A DNA stretch of 64,000 nucleotides from Ophelia neglecta (taxonomy: Eukaryota), in assembly GCA_965285935.1 (NCBI GenBank), contig OZ260663.1, positions 81,282,001-81,346,000 of the forward strand, given 5' to 3'. Positions 1 to 12,249 of the stretch are shown one piece after another. The first letter of the stretch is position 1. Every line of letters begins with the position of its first letter. The notes under the pieces were generated by a model. It worked only from the letters and a program-made list of their open reading frames with translations, was not told the DNA's origin and made no database searches. The position numbers and the translations under genes were made by a program.

Positions 1-23
1 TGATCAGGACCTATCTTTAGTTT

Positions 24-185
24 AGTGACCTTAGGTCTGACCTTGTTGGTAAAAATTCATTGGGTAAGGCACTGGTGACCTTAGGTCTGACCTTGTTGCC
101 TAGAAAAACATTGGGTAGGGCAGTGTTGACCTTTGATCTGACCTTGTTTGACAGTGTTTACTATCACCTTCTACATGTTTGACCT
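24..185 (+). repeat. About 51-bp degenerate tandem repeat rich in TGACCT
   Basis: gtgaccttaggtctgaccttgttg recurs at about 26 and 76, with a diverged copy at about 127. Confidence 0.8.
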
Positions 186-446
186 TTTTTTCCAGAGTCA
201 ATCAATGGGGTCCTTTCTCTTTTTCATTGTGGGGACAGGCACATTCATTTTTCTTCTTAGAATTGAATGAATTGAATCTACTCTAATCTAGGTTTTTTTT
301 ATTGTAAAAACACAATTCCCCCTTTTGGGCATTGTCCTAATACGTAAAAAAAAACTTGTAAACCAAAGTTTTGTTCTAATGTCATTGATTTGTTAACAAA
401 TTGACCTTTTTTCTGTTGCTAGTAATATTTTCCTGTCCTGTTTCAG

Positions 447-519
447 GGTTATACACCACTACACTTGGCAGCAATGCAAGGTCATGAGGATGTGATTGAG
501 ATCCTGGTCAATGCCTACA
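447..519 (+). CDS. Sowah: Sowah internal exon: ankyrin repeat (GYTPLHLAAMQGHEDVIEILVNAY); upstream exons lie outside the window
   Basis: Acceptor tcctgtcctgtttcag|, donor |gtgagt at 520. Translation is a canonical ankyrin repeat (G-x-TPLHLAA-x-x-GH-x-x-V-x-x-LV). 73 nt, ends in phase 1, compatible with the next exon. Confidence 0.92.
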
Positions 520-589
520 GTGAGTATTAACTGACAGTCTATACTCTAATAATCCTCTCCATGGCTCCTCTGTTTGCCAAAATATTGTG

Positions 590-3500
590 ATTCAATGCCG
601 AATTTCCCGTCGGAGCTGGGGTCAATATGGAAATAGGTTATGATTAAAAAGACAGGATTTGGAGATATCAATTTAATTTGGACAACAGATGTCTTTATCG
701 GGCAAGCGTCCAGAGAAATACATGCCTTCTTTATTAGCTCCAGTCTGGAAATGTGAAGATGTTATGGGCTTCTACGACCCACAATGCATCACCTGCGACG
801 GAGGGCAACTGCCGGCCATCATTTTCTTCTAGAAGCCATGGCCACAGCCAATCAAGCTAGTATCACTTATCCACTATTGTCAGTTGGCTGTCACCTCGGA
901 TCCGTTACCGGGTTATTTATTATGCGATGAGTTCATTTCGCCGAGCTAATATTTTTGAAGGGCATCAGTGTTTGAAGTCTGCCCCCTTGCTCGGTTGCCT
1001 CTGACAAATCACCGCTGAGCATTATAGAATCACCCCGGCACATTAAAGATTGGAGCGATGTCATAACACTCGGAGAGCACAGGTCTAATCAGAACCGCTG
1101 CCCGCCGCATATGGTTCGCCCCCCTGTGACAATAAATTCACACCCGGAATGCCACATTTGAGCGCGGCCCGACTGCCAATAACAGGAATATTAGGCCAGT
1201 GTAAATCATTGGCGGTCAGAGTGTGACAGCCGGGGACCCCCGGAGCCTCCAGAGGCCCCTGACTGTCACTCAAACCGCCGCCGACTAAGTAGTGTGGCCT
1301 AAGAATACTGCTTACAGGGCCCCTGACCACGCTGTCTAATACCAGTGTCAGGGCCCCACCAGACCCTGAGCAATCAGGAAAGCCGGCCCAAGCACACTCC
1401 ACCAATGATTGACTACATCCTTTGATATTGTGAAAGAATGTCAGGCTCTGGTTTGACTCACACCGGCTTATTTCTACTCATATCTGGCTGAAATCAAATC
1501 GGCTATAACTTTTGCCATTGCCCATATCTCCATCATCCATTACAATCAAAATAATAGAAGAACCTACCATACAAATGTACTTCAGGCTAACCCTGTCGGA
1601 GGTTTATTACCATGTTAACCGTTTGTAGTCAAACGCCGGATTTCTTTAGGATAACTGATCAACCAGCTCGGCTGTGTTGTTGATATTCTCGCTAAAACCA
1701 CCGCAGCTGGTGTGTACTAGACAAGAGAAATAAATGTATGATGCAGGTTATAAATAACAGAACTCTTCAGTAAATACTGTTCTCTTTGACAATCTGTAAG
1801 AAGCTAATATTATAGCTAGGAAGCCAGGGGGGCACAGGGGCTGATTTGAGGACGGGAAGCTCAGGTTCAGAGCCCATCCTTTTCTTGCTCCATCTTGCTT
1901 CAGAAGGCACTTCATGGGTGTGAGACAAGTGTCCCCTCCCAGAGGTGGGTCAGCAAGCTAACCCATCGCTAGGAGGGGACACCTATCTAACCCACCCGTC
2001 CACCCCCACCACCTCCAGATCAAAACCATCCCCACCCATTTTCAAATGCCCTAGATCCGCGCCCAGGACAGTCATTTGGCATTCCGGCCACCATGTTGGG
2101 CACAAGTTGCAGACACAAGGATTTGCTCTCCCTTTTCAAATGTTGTCCCTGGCACTGAAGTGATTTGATTTGGGGGTTTATTAGGCAGAAACCGGCATTG
2201 TAAGAGGGAGTCAGCGGCCTGTTTTGTTGTCTCTCTCACGTTTCATCCACAAAGGTCTGTTTGCCCGCTCAGTGTTCAAACTTCCCATGATACATTAGAG
2301 GCGCAATAGTGAGCGTTAATGCACACTGTGTAAATTTACTTGAGGCCTGTGGAAATAACCCGGTCTTTATTGTCAATTAATATCAACAACAAAATGCTGG
2401 CATAATTGTGCTCTTGGAGCGGGTTGTATGGCTGCTCGACGGAGATGTGTTGAATGTAAAAGGCATGTCGGGTCCTATGTTATGTCAGTTGTTGATGCCC
2501 TCTGATTGTGCAGTTGAATGCGTTGATCTGTGAGCATTGAGGAGAATGAGGAAGCACACTCACGTCCTACCCATCAGCCCAGCGGCCAATGAGCCACAGG
2601 CTTTAATTAAAGAAATGCTTGCCGGAAAAAGGCCGGCTAAGCCCTTCTTGGCATGGGAGTCACGTTCATCTACAAAGCTCATATTTGGATGTTAGAGTAT
2701 TTTTGCCAGCTTGTAGTGGAGAAGTTTTGTGGCTTGTTCGACACGACCTTGCCGCAGCGGGTCTATAATCAATATGACTGCCGGGCTTTTTGATTTTGTC
2801 TTCTCAACTGAAGGAACGAAACATGGCCTGATTAAAGCCGAAGACACATTGAAGCTAATTAGACTGAAGAGCGAGCACATTTCATTGGCTGTAATTCAGG
2901 GGTTGCCACCGAGGGCTAATCAAGGCAACAAAATAAATGTGAGGGGGGTCCTGTAATACAGGGCCCGGGCGCCCGCCTTATTATAGATGGCCGCTCTCAA
3001 GGCAATGATAATTGGCCATTTTGTCAGAGATTTGTAGCTCTAGAGCCTAAAACGTTGCTTTTCCTGTGACTTAATTAAGCCTGACCAGTCTCTTCCCAGT
3101 AATCATACTACTCAGCCATAGACGGAGCCCTGCATCGCCGTGCTCGGTTATTTCTTAATTCAGCTGACTAATTGACAACAAGCCAGTTTGGGTAGCGAGT
3201 CTACAAGAAGTTACTCTTTTCACATCTTGATTGATGTGGTGAATATCAGAATTGGAAACTTCATTGACATTGTGTCCTGTAAATAACAGGGCTGTGAACT
3301 GCATTAGCACAGCTTTCATGTGGAATCTCTGGCCCTTTCACTGTGGATTTTCTCTTAATTGGAATTCATGGGGGATTACTTTGCCTGTCAAGTCGCCTAT
3401 TATGGCATATAGTTCATTGATACTGAAGCTTTAATTTGAAAAACAAAGGAGGAAGCATTATGTCATGATTTTTCGGGATGCCCGATGAAGTTTCCCTTTG

Positions 3501-5110
3501 GCTTTTGAATATTTCTGATTATCTGCATGCAGGAAACGGCAAAATGTTCAGCCATCCTTGCCGGGCCCCTAAACAAGCTGTCCTCGTTAATGTTTTGAGG
3601 TTTGATTCAATATTGATCTCTGCTATCATCACAATTTGCCCCTAAGCCCTGGAAGTTAAAGAAAAATAAGTACTCTGTGCACTACACATGTGATAGCCAG
3701 AATGAATAGGTGCTGGCAACCCAATTCAATCAGCCCTGAAAGAATTAGGAGCTGGGTGACACTGCTTCCTAAGTGTATGCATCCACTCGCTGCAAGTGTT
3801 TTCAAAACAGAGAAAGTTTGACTAAGTGAATTGAATTCGCGCTCTGCCGTGTCACGCGGCTTTAGAAACTTGTGCTTCTATTTTCTTAGCGACTTGATGC
3901 TCATTGTTCAGATTTCATAATATTTCCATAACAATCGTCAATTCCACTTAATTCCCCGCCGGGGCATTGGTATCGAGTCAAACAATTTGTCACCTTACCT
4001 CCTAATCAGATAGGATGAATGTCACTTTTTACAAATGCCGTTCTTTGTTATCAGATTCCTTTCACAAGTAAGCTTGTTTCCCTGGCATGCGCCTGAACAA
4101 AGCTAATTCATTTAGTCAATTTATTAAGCTCTACTGGTCCTGAGGATAATAAATATTTTCTAGCCAAGTATTGTACTTTGTGCAGCATTTTTTGCCATGG
4201 CTGGCTCAAGCTCTGACAATGGTAAAAATGACTTGAATTAAACTGGGACATCTACATTTTAAGGCAAGAGCTTGTTCCCAAGAAATGCATCTTTTTTTCG
4301 GAGAAGTTTGCTGGAAGTTCAATGTAGATTGGTTCTCTAAGCGGCCAGAATGAGGCTGATTGACAAGTGTATTGTCCCCGGGATCAAGATTCATGTCACT
4401 TGGCCTGCTCGTGTTTTGTTCCACAGGAAATAATTGAATTCAGCATACAGTTCCAACTCTTATCAACTTCATTGAATCTTGTTAACATGGATTAAACCAA
4501 TAGCGAAATCTCGGGCAAAACTGGTAGATTGCCTTGTCATTGAGATAGGGATTGGACTCGGATGATTTGAAAGAGCGGTGATAACTTCAAAGTTGCCCGG
4601 CGAGTTCCGGAGAGCGTAGAGAGCGAAGGCTTTCCCTAGCCCTGGGGATTAACATGACCGAGCTGTTTGCATTCATTTTGTGTACAAGCACATTGGCGAT
4701 ATCTTCAAAGCTGGCCAGTGTCAGTAAGATTTGATTAAAGTCTGACCCGGGGTCGTGCGGTCCAGGTGTCATGAATCCCTAACTATCCACACCATTTAAT
4801 TGGTCGGGCTGGGGAGTAAGACAGGTCAGAAGGAAGTGCTGAGAGGGATTTTTTCGGGGGTTTAAGGGGCCAGGAAGTCAAATTAATTTATTGTCTACTT
4901 GATTATTTTAATTAATCAGCCTCTGTGAGTGGCCCCATGAATGTATCTGGAGCTGGTCTTTGTGGCTTGGTCGGCGGTGAGAACATCGCCTCTGGCTGTC
5001 ACACGTCTGCTCTAGTCTTGTCTGCCGACCAGGAGTTCTCCTGATCATGTGATCAGATATTAGTACACGCTTTACGTAGTCTGGCACATCAAAAAGGTGT
5101 CCATCCGGAG
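590..5110. promoter_or_regulatory. Putative enhancer/CNE cluster in Sowah intron 520-5955
   Basis: Non-coding, non-repetitive and CpG-retaining, with many TAAT/ATTA, TGACA/TGTCA, ACAAT/ATTGT and CTTTGAT motifs. Its position in a Sowah intron fits the Irx-Sowah block model. Confidence 0.5.
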
Positions 5111-5557
5111 CCTCAGATTCCCACACCAGCACCGACAACATTCACGGCGGTAGGATTCATCACCAAAAAAAAGAAAGACAAAACTTCATGTAAATATATA
5201 TTATGTTGACAAGCAAAAAGTGAAGTATGCAGACTCTCTTTTCTTAGAGAAGCTTAGTTAGCACTTGTTAAGACTTGGAAAAACTTGACAAAATCAGGGC
5301 AAATAAATCCTCATATCATTGTTTACTCGAATAAGTAGATTTCAAACAAAAATAAACTATCTACCTCAAGTCTCAAAGCATTTTATATAGGTTTACTGTA
5401 TCCCGCCTGCCATCTGCCCAGACAAGTGTTTGGCTTCTGATTTCAATAACTTGTAGTATCACTTGTAAGTCAATTTTATGCCAAGATTAAGATATTCTCT
5501 GGTTACCTTCCTTGCTACTGTGTGATCTTTCACATGTCACACCAAGGGTAGCTCCTT

Positions 5558-5761
5558 GGCGGATTTAGGCATCCCGAGACTGACAAATTGGGTCTGCTTT
5601 CAAGGAGAGGGTGTGGGATGGGTGTCTCCTCCGAGAGAGCTGAGCCCCCAAACATCCCTCTGGGTGGAGACACCCATCCATCCCACACCCTCCAGGAGCA
5701 ACCTGGGAACAGAAATACCCAAGTCGTGGTCTGCACACCATGTGCCCCCTCTAGATCTGCC
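5558..5761. mobile_element. Decayed MITE-like insertion
   Basis: Imperfect inverted termini GGCGGATTTAG (5558) and CTAGATCTGCC (5751), with a G-run/C-run-rich interior unlike the flanks. Confidence 0.55.
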
Positions 5762-5955
5762 CGTTTAGCTGACAGAAGAATAATTGTGAATGTTTTACTT
5801 GTCCAATCGAATTACAGCTGACATGTAGACTTTTTTCATGTCTGTAAACAGTTACTTACAATGGAATTTGTGATAAATCATAAAGGTTTGGTTTTAAACA
5901 TAAAAAGGCCTTTGCAGAATGATTAATGTGGTTGAATTTTTTAATTCTTTTTTAG

Positions 5956-6036
5956 ATGCCAACACCAATATGAGGGACTACAGCGGAAAGAAAGCCAAAC
6001 AATACTTGAGGAACTCTGCGTCGAATAGGTCACAAC
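5956..6036 (+). CDS. Sowah: Sowah exon: (N)ANTNMRDYSGKKAKQYLRNSASNRSQ
   Basis: Acceptor ttcttttttag|, donor |gtaaga at 6037, phase 1 to 1. RDYSGKK-x-x-QYL is the motif that closes the ankyrin region in SOWAH-family proteins. Linkage to an Irx gene supports the assignment. Confidence 0.92.
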
Positions 6037-6179
6037 GTAAGAGCTTGCCGTCTGCCACCAGCCTCCAGGAGCTGAGCTCCCGAGCGGTCAGGCCGACGCC
6101 TAAACACTACCGTGGCTCTCTTATCATCACACACCTCTCCCTCGGAGATCTTGTGGATGATAATAGCTCTACGGTGTAG
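6037..6179 (+). CDS. Sowah: Possible alternative terminal extension of the 5956 exon (RKSLPSATSLQELSS...LVDDNSSTV*)
   Basis: The frame stays open for 47 codons past the donor. The segment is GC/CpG-richer than the AT-rich sequence after TAG 6177-6179 and ends in S-T-V. Confidence 0.4.
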
Positions 6180-9119
6180 TCTGTTAAGTTACTAACCCGG
6201 CACACTGCCTCTCTGTACATATAGCACTGGCTTATACCATGGTGATGGAACATGACTAACTGTACATTGTTAAATAGAACAGCCTTGGACTTGTACTACT
6301 TACAATAGAGCTCGATACTACTAAGGACTTGCCACTAATCAATGAATTACTGATTTGTTGACTAACTGTTATAATTGCTGATAAAAAACTAACAGTATAA
6401 TGAAATTGACTCAGTCAATCAGAAACTATGATCTTAGAATACTGTACCTGTGTGCATGATTAGTTGTATACATGTGTACATTTATGTTGGTAAAATTTTG
6501 GAAACTTCCAGACGACCATGAAGAGTTCAAGGTCACAGAAAGACACTTTCAAATAATATTAGCCATATTATATAAGATTCACAGATTTCTGATTGAATGG
6601 TGGATTTTCCCACTCTCAGACAAGCTTTTAGTAATATCTTTCAAGCTTGTGCTAATCCTGGATGGAACAACAGATGGTGGGTGGAAACACATTTGATTTG
6701 AGACACTATCCTTGGCTTATTTGAATGGAGAACATTCTCTTATTGACACCACTTGTCAGAGAGCTTTGGATCAATCTGCAGATATCAGGTTCGGCTACCC
6801 CCGCAGGGAAGAAACCATAGGACTCTAACAGATTAGAGACAATTCTACTCGTTTGGATGTGCAAAGCTTGTCTTTTAAAGTCTTAATTGGAGCTGAATAG
6901 ACAGTCTTTTTCAATTTAGGCAATGTTGGTCAGACTTTGTGTTAGACAGACACCTGCTTAGTTATTAGTGTTGAATTACAAAGGAGGTTTGATCTCTAAT
7001 GAAGTTGTCACAAATTATCATTCAGTTTAAAATTTTCCAAAAAAGAAACTTTTTCACAAATCTATCCTGTGCCTTAATAGCTTCTGTGCCCCTTTGTTTA
7101 CTACATGTTTCGGGACTTCTTGAAGCAGTATTCTGTCATGTATGATATATCTGGGACCAAATATGGTAATCGCTACATTTTATTAAATTAAAAGTGCCTA
7201 GCCTATGTTTCCTGCATATTATATCCGTGTTCCACGTCCATGCTTTCCATCATGTCTAGACTATCGTAGAACAGTTGACAGTTGGAATGAATGAGAGGGG
7301 TGTGACCCGAAAGCCCCGATATATAGAACGCAGATAAATACATTGTAGTTGTTGTGTTAATCGCTCCTAATTTTGATGGATGGCAGTGTTGTTTTGATAG
7401 ATCACACGAAAATACCTGAAAGACAGTTCTCCACTAAGTCACCACTTGTTTTGTTTCAAATCAGAGGAGATGAGGTGCTCTATCGGCCTGTTTTACCCAG
7501 AATACATTGTACTGTTGAGCTGCCATGGGTCTCATCCTCTATGGGCCAGCTATATGTAAATATATGACATCTAAAAATTATAATAAATTAGAATATTAAT
7601 ATCGAAATTGGGCTATTTCAATTATTGTTTGATCACCAATAGTGAGTACATATATTGCCGACCAAAAGGTGTCAGATCTGTAAGTATTGTCGTTAGTTTG
7701 TTTGTCATGTTTATCTAGAATGTGATTCATACAATATTACAGCCTTAGTCCTTCTTTGGCCTATCTACTCTCGTACATCTTGGCTGCATTTTTGACATGA
7801 TTTTTCGCCTTTTTGTTATCCCCTGGTTTGTATGTGGTGTCGTGTCTGTGTAGCTACCTTTTTCACCAAACACTACTCCTCATTGTTCTCTGCTTGATAC
7901 TTATAATTGTTTTAATTATTGATTTTTCACTGGCAGAGCTATATATTTGAAAGGGAGCGTGCTAGGTGTCAAGGGGGGGGGGGGGTAGAGAGCATTGAGC
8001 CCATAACTCAGTCCTGCTGGAGACAGCCTATGGAACCCTGCACCCTCTCCCAGGCACTCCCCCCCCCCCCCCCCCCCAGTTCCGCCAGTGTTTCTCTGCC
8101 ACCAGCCCTCCCTGACAAACCCCCAGATTGGCACGCTAGTCCAGACATGTTTTTCATTACTGGTATTGTTGAAGATGAGTTGTGTTTTCCATCTCCATAC
8201 TGATTTTACTTCTTTATGTTTCCCTTGGTCTGCTCCTCGCCACTGCCTGTTGGTCCTCCCCATTAACTATACTTACATGTACATGTACTGTAGTGTCTTG
8301 GTGTCGGTGTATAGAGTAAGCTATTTGTACTTTTTTTTCTGTAGCTGTAGTGTAGTGCATTGGTGGATGGCCAGGAGGGGACACTAGGAGCAGGGCCTAC
8401 TTGGTGTCCCCTCCTAGAGGAGGGGCTGGGGGGTGACCCCCAGAGCTATGGGGTCCGAAAAGCCAATCTTCCTGAAAATGTGGGTTCTAGTGCATACAGG
8501 GACCAATAATTTTGGGTTCCAGTAACTGTTTTATGCATAAAAATATACTCGGACATCATAAATGCATACCATGCCTCCCCATGATAGTAGACCCCCTCCC
8601 TTTAGTCTAGAATCCCCTACCAGCCCCTAGACTAGATAGCTCTATAGATAATCTTGTTTCATGTGCCCTATGAATATTGTCCTCACTGTACTTAACTCTT
8701 CATTGCCACTCACTGTTTTGATATGTGTACTTAGTCGTTTCCTTTGGAAAGATGATAAATTGTTTTGAAAGTTGATGTTTTAAACCAAAAAAAAGGTGAG
8801 AATTCACTGTTTTAATAGCATCAACACAGGAAGATTGAGGACTGTATCAATTTCAGTTTCACATTTTATCTATTTCAAGCTGGCTTCTCCCACCCTAACT
8901 TAAGCCATCAACTTTTTAGTACAATTTTATGTTAAGCTATTAGGATAGGGCTGCTTTCTTATAAGGCACTTTAAAACCAGCTAACCTGATTTGTACACCA
9001 TAACCTGGCCATAAGACCCCCAGGGTACCGGCCTCCTTTGATAGGGAATAAGGCTTATCAAAATATTTATGTTTCTAATCTAGAAAACAATGTACAATGG
9101 GGTGATAGCATATGTCTGT

Positions 9120-10815
9120 GTCTATAGGAGTGACACTGTGTCACTGGCGTGTCACTATGTGTCACCGGTGACACATGTAGATACAGCCAGCTTGTCTCAT
9201 TGGGGCAGGCGTCCCTTTTTTAGCACACGGTTATGGGGCAATAAAATGGCATGATTTGTAAGTGGGGTTGCGAGCAAATCACACAAAAAGGCGGTGGCTA
9301 ACTTCAAATGGTGACGGTCCCATCAGTGCTTAATGTTCTCAAAAGTGGAGTTGACAATCACTTTGTTTGAAGGCATAATAGAACCGGGCCATAATTGTAA
9401 GTGGGCTGGGGCCTGGCTAGTCTTCAGCTAACGCTGGTAGACACCTACAGACTGCTCCGACGATCATATTCCCCGCAGTTACTCAATTTTATTTGGCTGC
9501 ACTCTCTCTGTTTAAAATAATTGCTACACAGGTTTTGTATCTTGTCTAATCTAATAGAGTTTAGTGCTTTGAACGAAAGATTTATAATTTGTTTAAACTC
9601 GTAAAACAGTGAAATGACTAATATGGTTACCCGAACCATTTGCCCTTGTCGGAAGATCAGGTGTCGGTCCGTTATGGATGTCGAAGAATAGAAAAGAAAA
9701 TTTTGAAATGAAATATAGAGGAATTTGTCTTGTGTTTGGTGAACAGCCTGATGACCACGGCTCACCAGATTTAACACGTGTTCGTAGATCGGCAACTAAA
9801 TTACCGCCTGTGTGCAATGAGCAAGGTGCGTGGATGTTATGTGTCGGCAAATACGATTAGATGGTGTCCTAATCACATTTCAGGAGCAACCCTCCTGTCC
9901 CACTCCGTGTATTGACGGTGCCGGGCGACGTAACCCGATTACCTCCGCCAAATAGATTACCCGTGGATTGGGCAGCCCGAGCGCGCCCCAAATCCAATAA
10001 CGGGATGCCCTTGTGAGAGAAGGGTTGTCATATGAATGCTGGCAAACTTTTCATCATTGGACCCTGATTGTATTAAAGTGCGCCCAGGGTGAGCACAATA
10101 GGGGAACATAAATCAAGCCCCGGCCCATGCAGATGGAGGATACCGCTAATTATTTAATTTTCCCACTCCCATCAATCACGGCTAATTGAATAAAATTCAC
10201 TGTTTGCATGAAGCGGAGTAATGACAAGAAGTTTTCTATGGAGTGAAATTCTCCCTGAGTTTGATCCTTCATGATGTCTATTTACCAAGTAAATTAGTGC
10301 TGGGACTGCTCCCGCCATGCCCATGAATTCCAGGGGCATGCCAATGGGATAGCTCCGTTGTTGTAACTAACTAGGCCTTTGTTAAAACAGTGCATATTAA
10401 GAAATTGCCCGGCTTTAATTATTCAATTCTCATGCATAGTGAGGACGATTAATAGCCCCGGTGGAGGTGTTATTGTTGGCTGGGTCCGAACATCGGGTGT
10501 CCTTAATTAATTGAACGGAATTAACTTAATGCGCCAGACGGAACAATCTGTAATTGATACATGAAATGTATATTAATTTTGCGAAATTATGTTCTCGGCT
10601 GGCCCTATTGGCATAACACTGATAAGTGGTGGCCTGTGCCCCGCTTCATGCCTAGAATATTGGCTGTGGAGGAGCCCCCTGACACGAGGCAGGCCCCAGC
10701 ACAGACCTGCTTGTACAGGCTCTTGTCTGACACCAATGAAGAAGAGCGAGCCGGTAAATTAGTATAATGTAATTCAGCATCGATTGCCGGCGATTGCCGG
10801 CGATTCCCGGCGAGC
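9120..10815. promoter_or_regulatory. Putative enhancer/CNE cluster in Sowah intron 6037-11156
   Basis: Pbx/Exd-Hox-type composites CATAAATCA (10107) and CATCAATCA (10170), TTAATTAATT (10503), many further TAAT sites and retained CpG. Confidence 0.5.
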
Positions 10816-11156
10816 AGGTTAAAACTCTTGGAATGTTTGTGTAAGACAGACTAGGGAGGGTGCCGTAGACACAGTTTGTAAGGTTTTAATATCATGTCGG
10901 GGCGAGTGGGTGACTGTGGGTGTTAGTGTCGACAGTGTCGTCTGCTCGGGTGCATCTGAATGCCCCTCACACTAACAATCAGGATATTGGCCTGTCAAGC
11001 AGCTTCTCATTGATTTTTAACTCCAATATGGTGATTGTCTCCCCCCCCTGACTAATAGAAAGGATGGTAAACCATCCCTTTATTGGCCTGCAAGGGCTTA
11101 CACACTCTCTTCAAAGACATTTATCTGATGCACCGTGTACATTTTTCCTTTTTCAG

Positions 11157-11192
11157 AACTCTTACAGGCCAGACGTTTAAGCGCCAATGTTG
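11157..11192 (+). CDS. Sowah: Sowah 36-nt micro-exon (Q)LLQARRLSANV(G)
   Basis: Strong acceptor atttttcctttttcag|, donor |gtaagc at 11193. Phase 1 to 1 and in frame with both neighbours. Confidence 0.8.
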
Positions 11193-12249
11193 GTAAGCAT
11201 TTCATTTCCTTGGGTTTGACTGAGTGAATCAGGACGGGTGTAGGGACAAAGAGAGGCAGAGAGCCTTACATTTGTGGACAAACGCTCCGCCAGTGCTGCA
11301 ATAAAGCTCAACAGAGACACCTGAGTGGCAATACATGCCTGTGATTATATCTTTACTCCCCGGCCTCCACACCAAAATCAAACACACCACTCGAGCACTC
11401 CGCGCTGAATCGCTGCATTTAGTTTTACCAAATCAATGTTTTATTTGGTCGTCTGTACCATTAGCAATGTATTGGAATCAGAGTCAGCTGCCTTTCAATT
11501 AGAGCCTTGTGGATGCTCAGTCAAGAGTACTTGATAAGCTACATCAGGACTGCCTAATGAATATCAAGAACCTTGCAAGGAAGATGGCAGCCGGCACAGG
11601 GCATGGCACACGGAGACGGGCACACCCGGCATGGCACATGGAGGACGGCACACGTCCAATCGCAACCGAACACTCATCTCAACTGAAAAGATAACCCAGA
11701 GGGGTTTTTTTTAAAGAAAAGAGGATGAGAATAAAAACATGTCATGTTTGCCCAAAAAATAATACAGTATAAACTACTCGCCAAAAGAAGACAAAAATTT
11801 ATGCTTGCACATGCCTCCGAATACCTTAGTCTGATCAGGGCCATACATATATATGATGAAGCCCTGTCTTCTTAAGCTGGATGAGCTCTCTAATTGCGTT
11901 ACCCCTTTTGTTCCTTGAGTGTTTCCAATTTTATCGGGCAAAAATTATTAGCAAAGGTTAAAATAGATAGAAGCACCTTTATGAAAATTAAACTGTATGG
12001 TATTGATGATGATCTGACAATGTTTATGTATTGGTGTATCAACTCATTATTTTGGCTTGAAGGTAAAACACCTCTGTTGATTTTTAGGTGTAAATGAACT
12101 TCTGATGTGCTGGTTTTAGTGTTACTGAAGGATCCTGGGTAAAACCCGGGTGTGTTGATGTGAGCGGTAGCAGCCTGCTCCAGCTGGTAGGACATTTGGC
12201 CACAGGTTGGAACCAAACTCAAAGGAACAGTGTGTTGACTTGATTGGGA

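Noticed and set aside
24-185. TGACCT cluster as a nuclear-receptor response element
   Set aside because: Explained by a ~51-bp tandem repeat at the window edge. No independent support.
7919-8203. 94-aa Pro-rich ORF after a cag acceptor, as a Sowah exon
   Set aside because: Splicing from the phase-1 donor at 6036 hits a stop within four codons, and the ORF depends on poly-G and poly-C runs.
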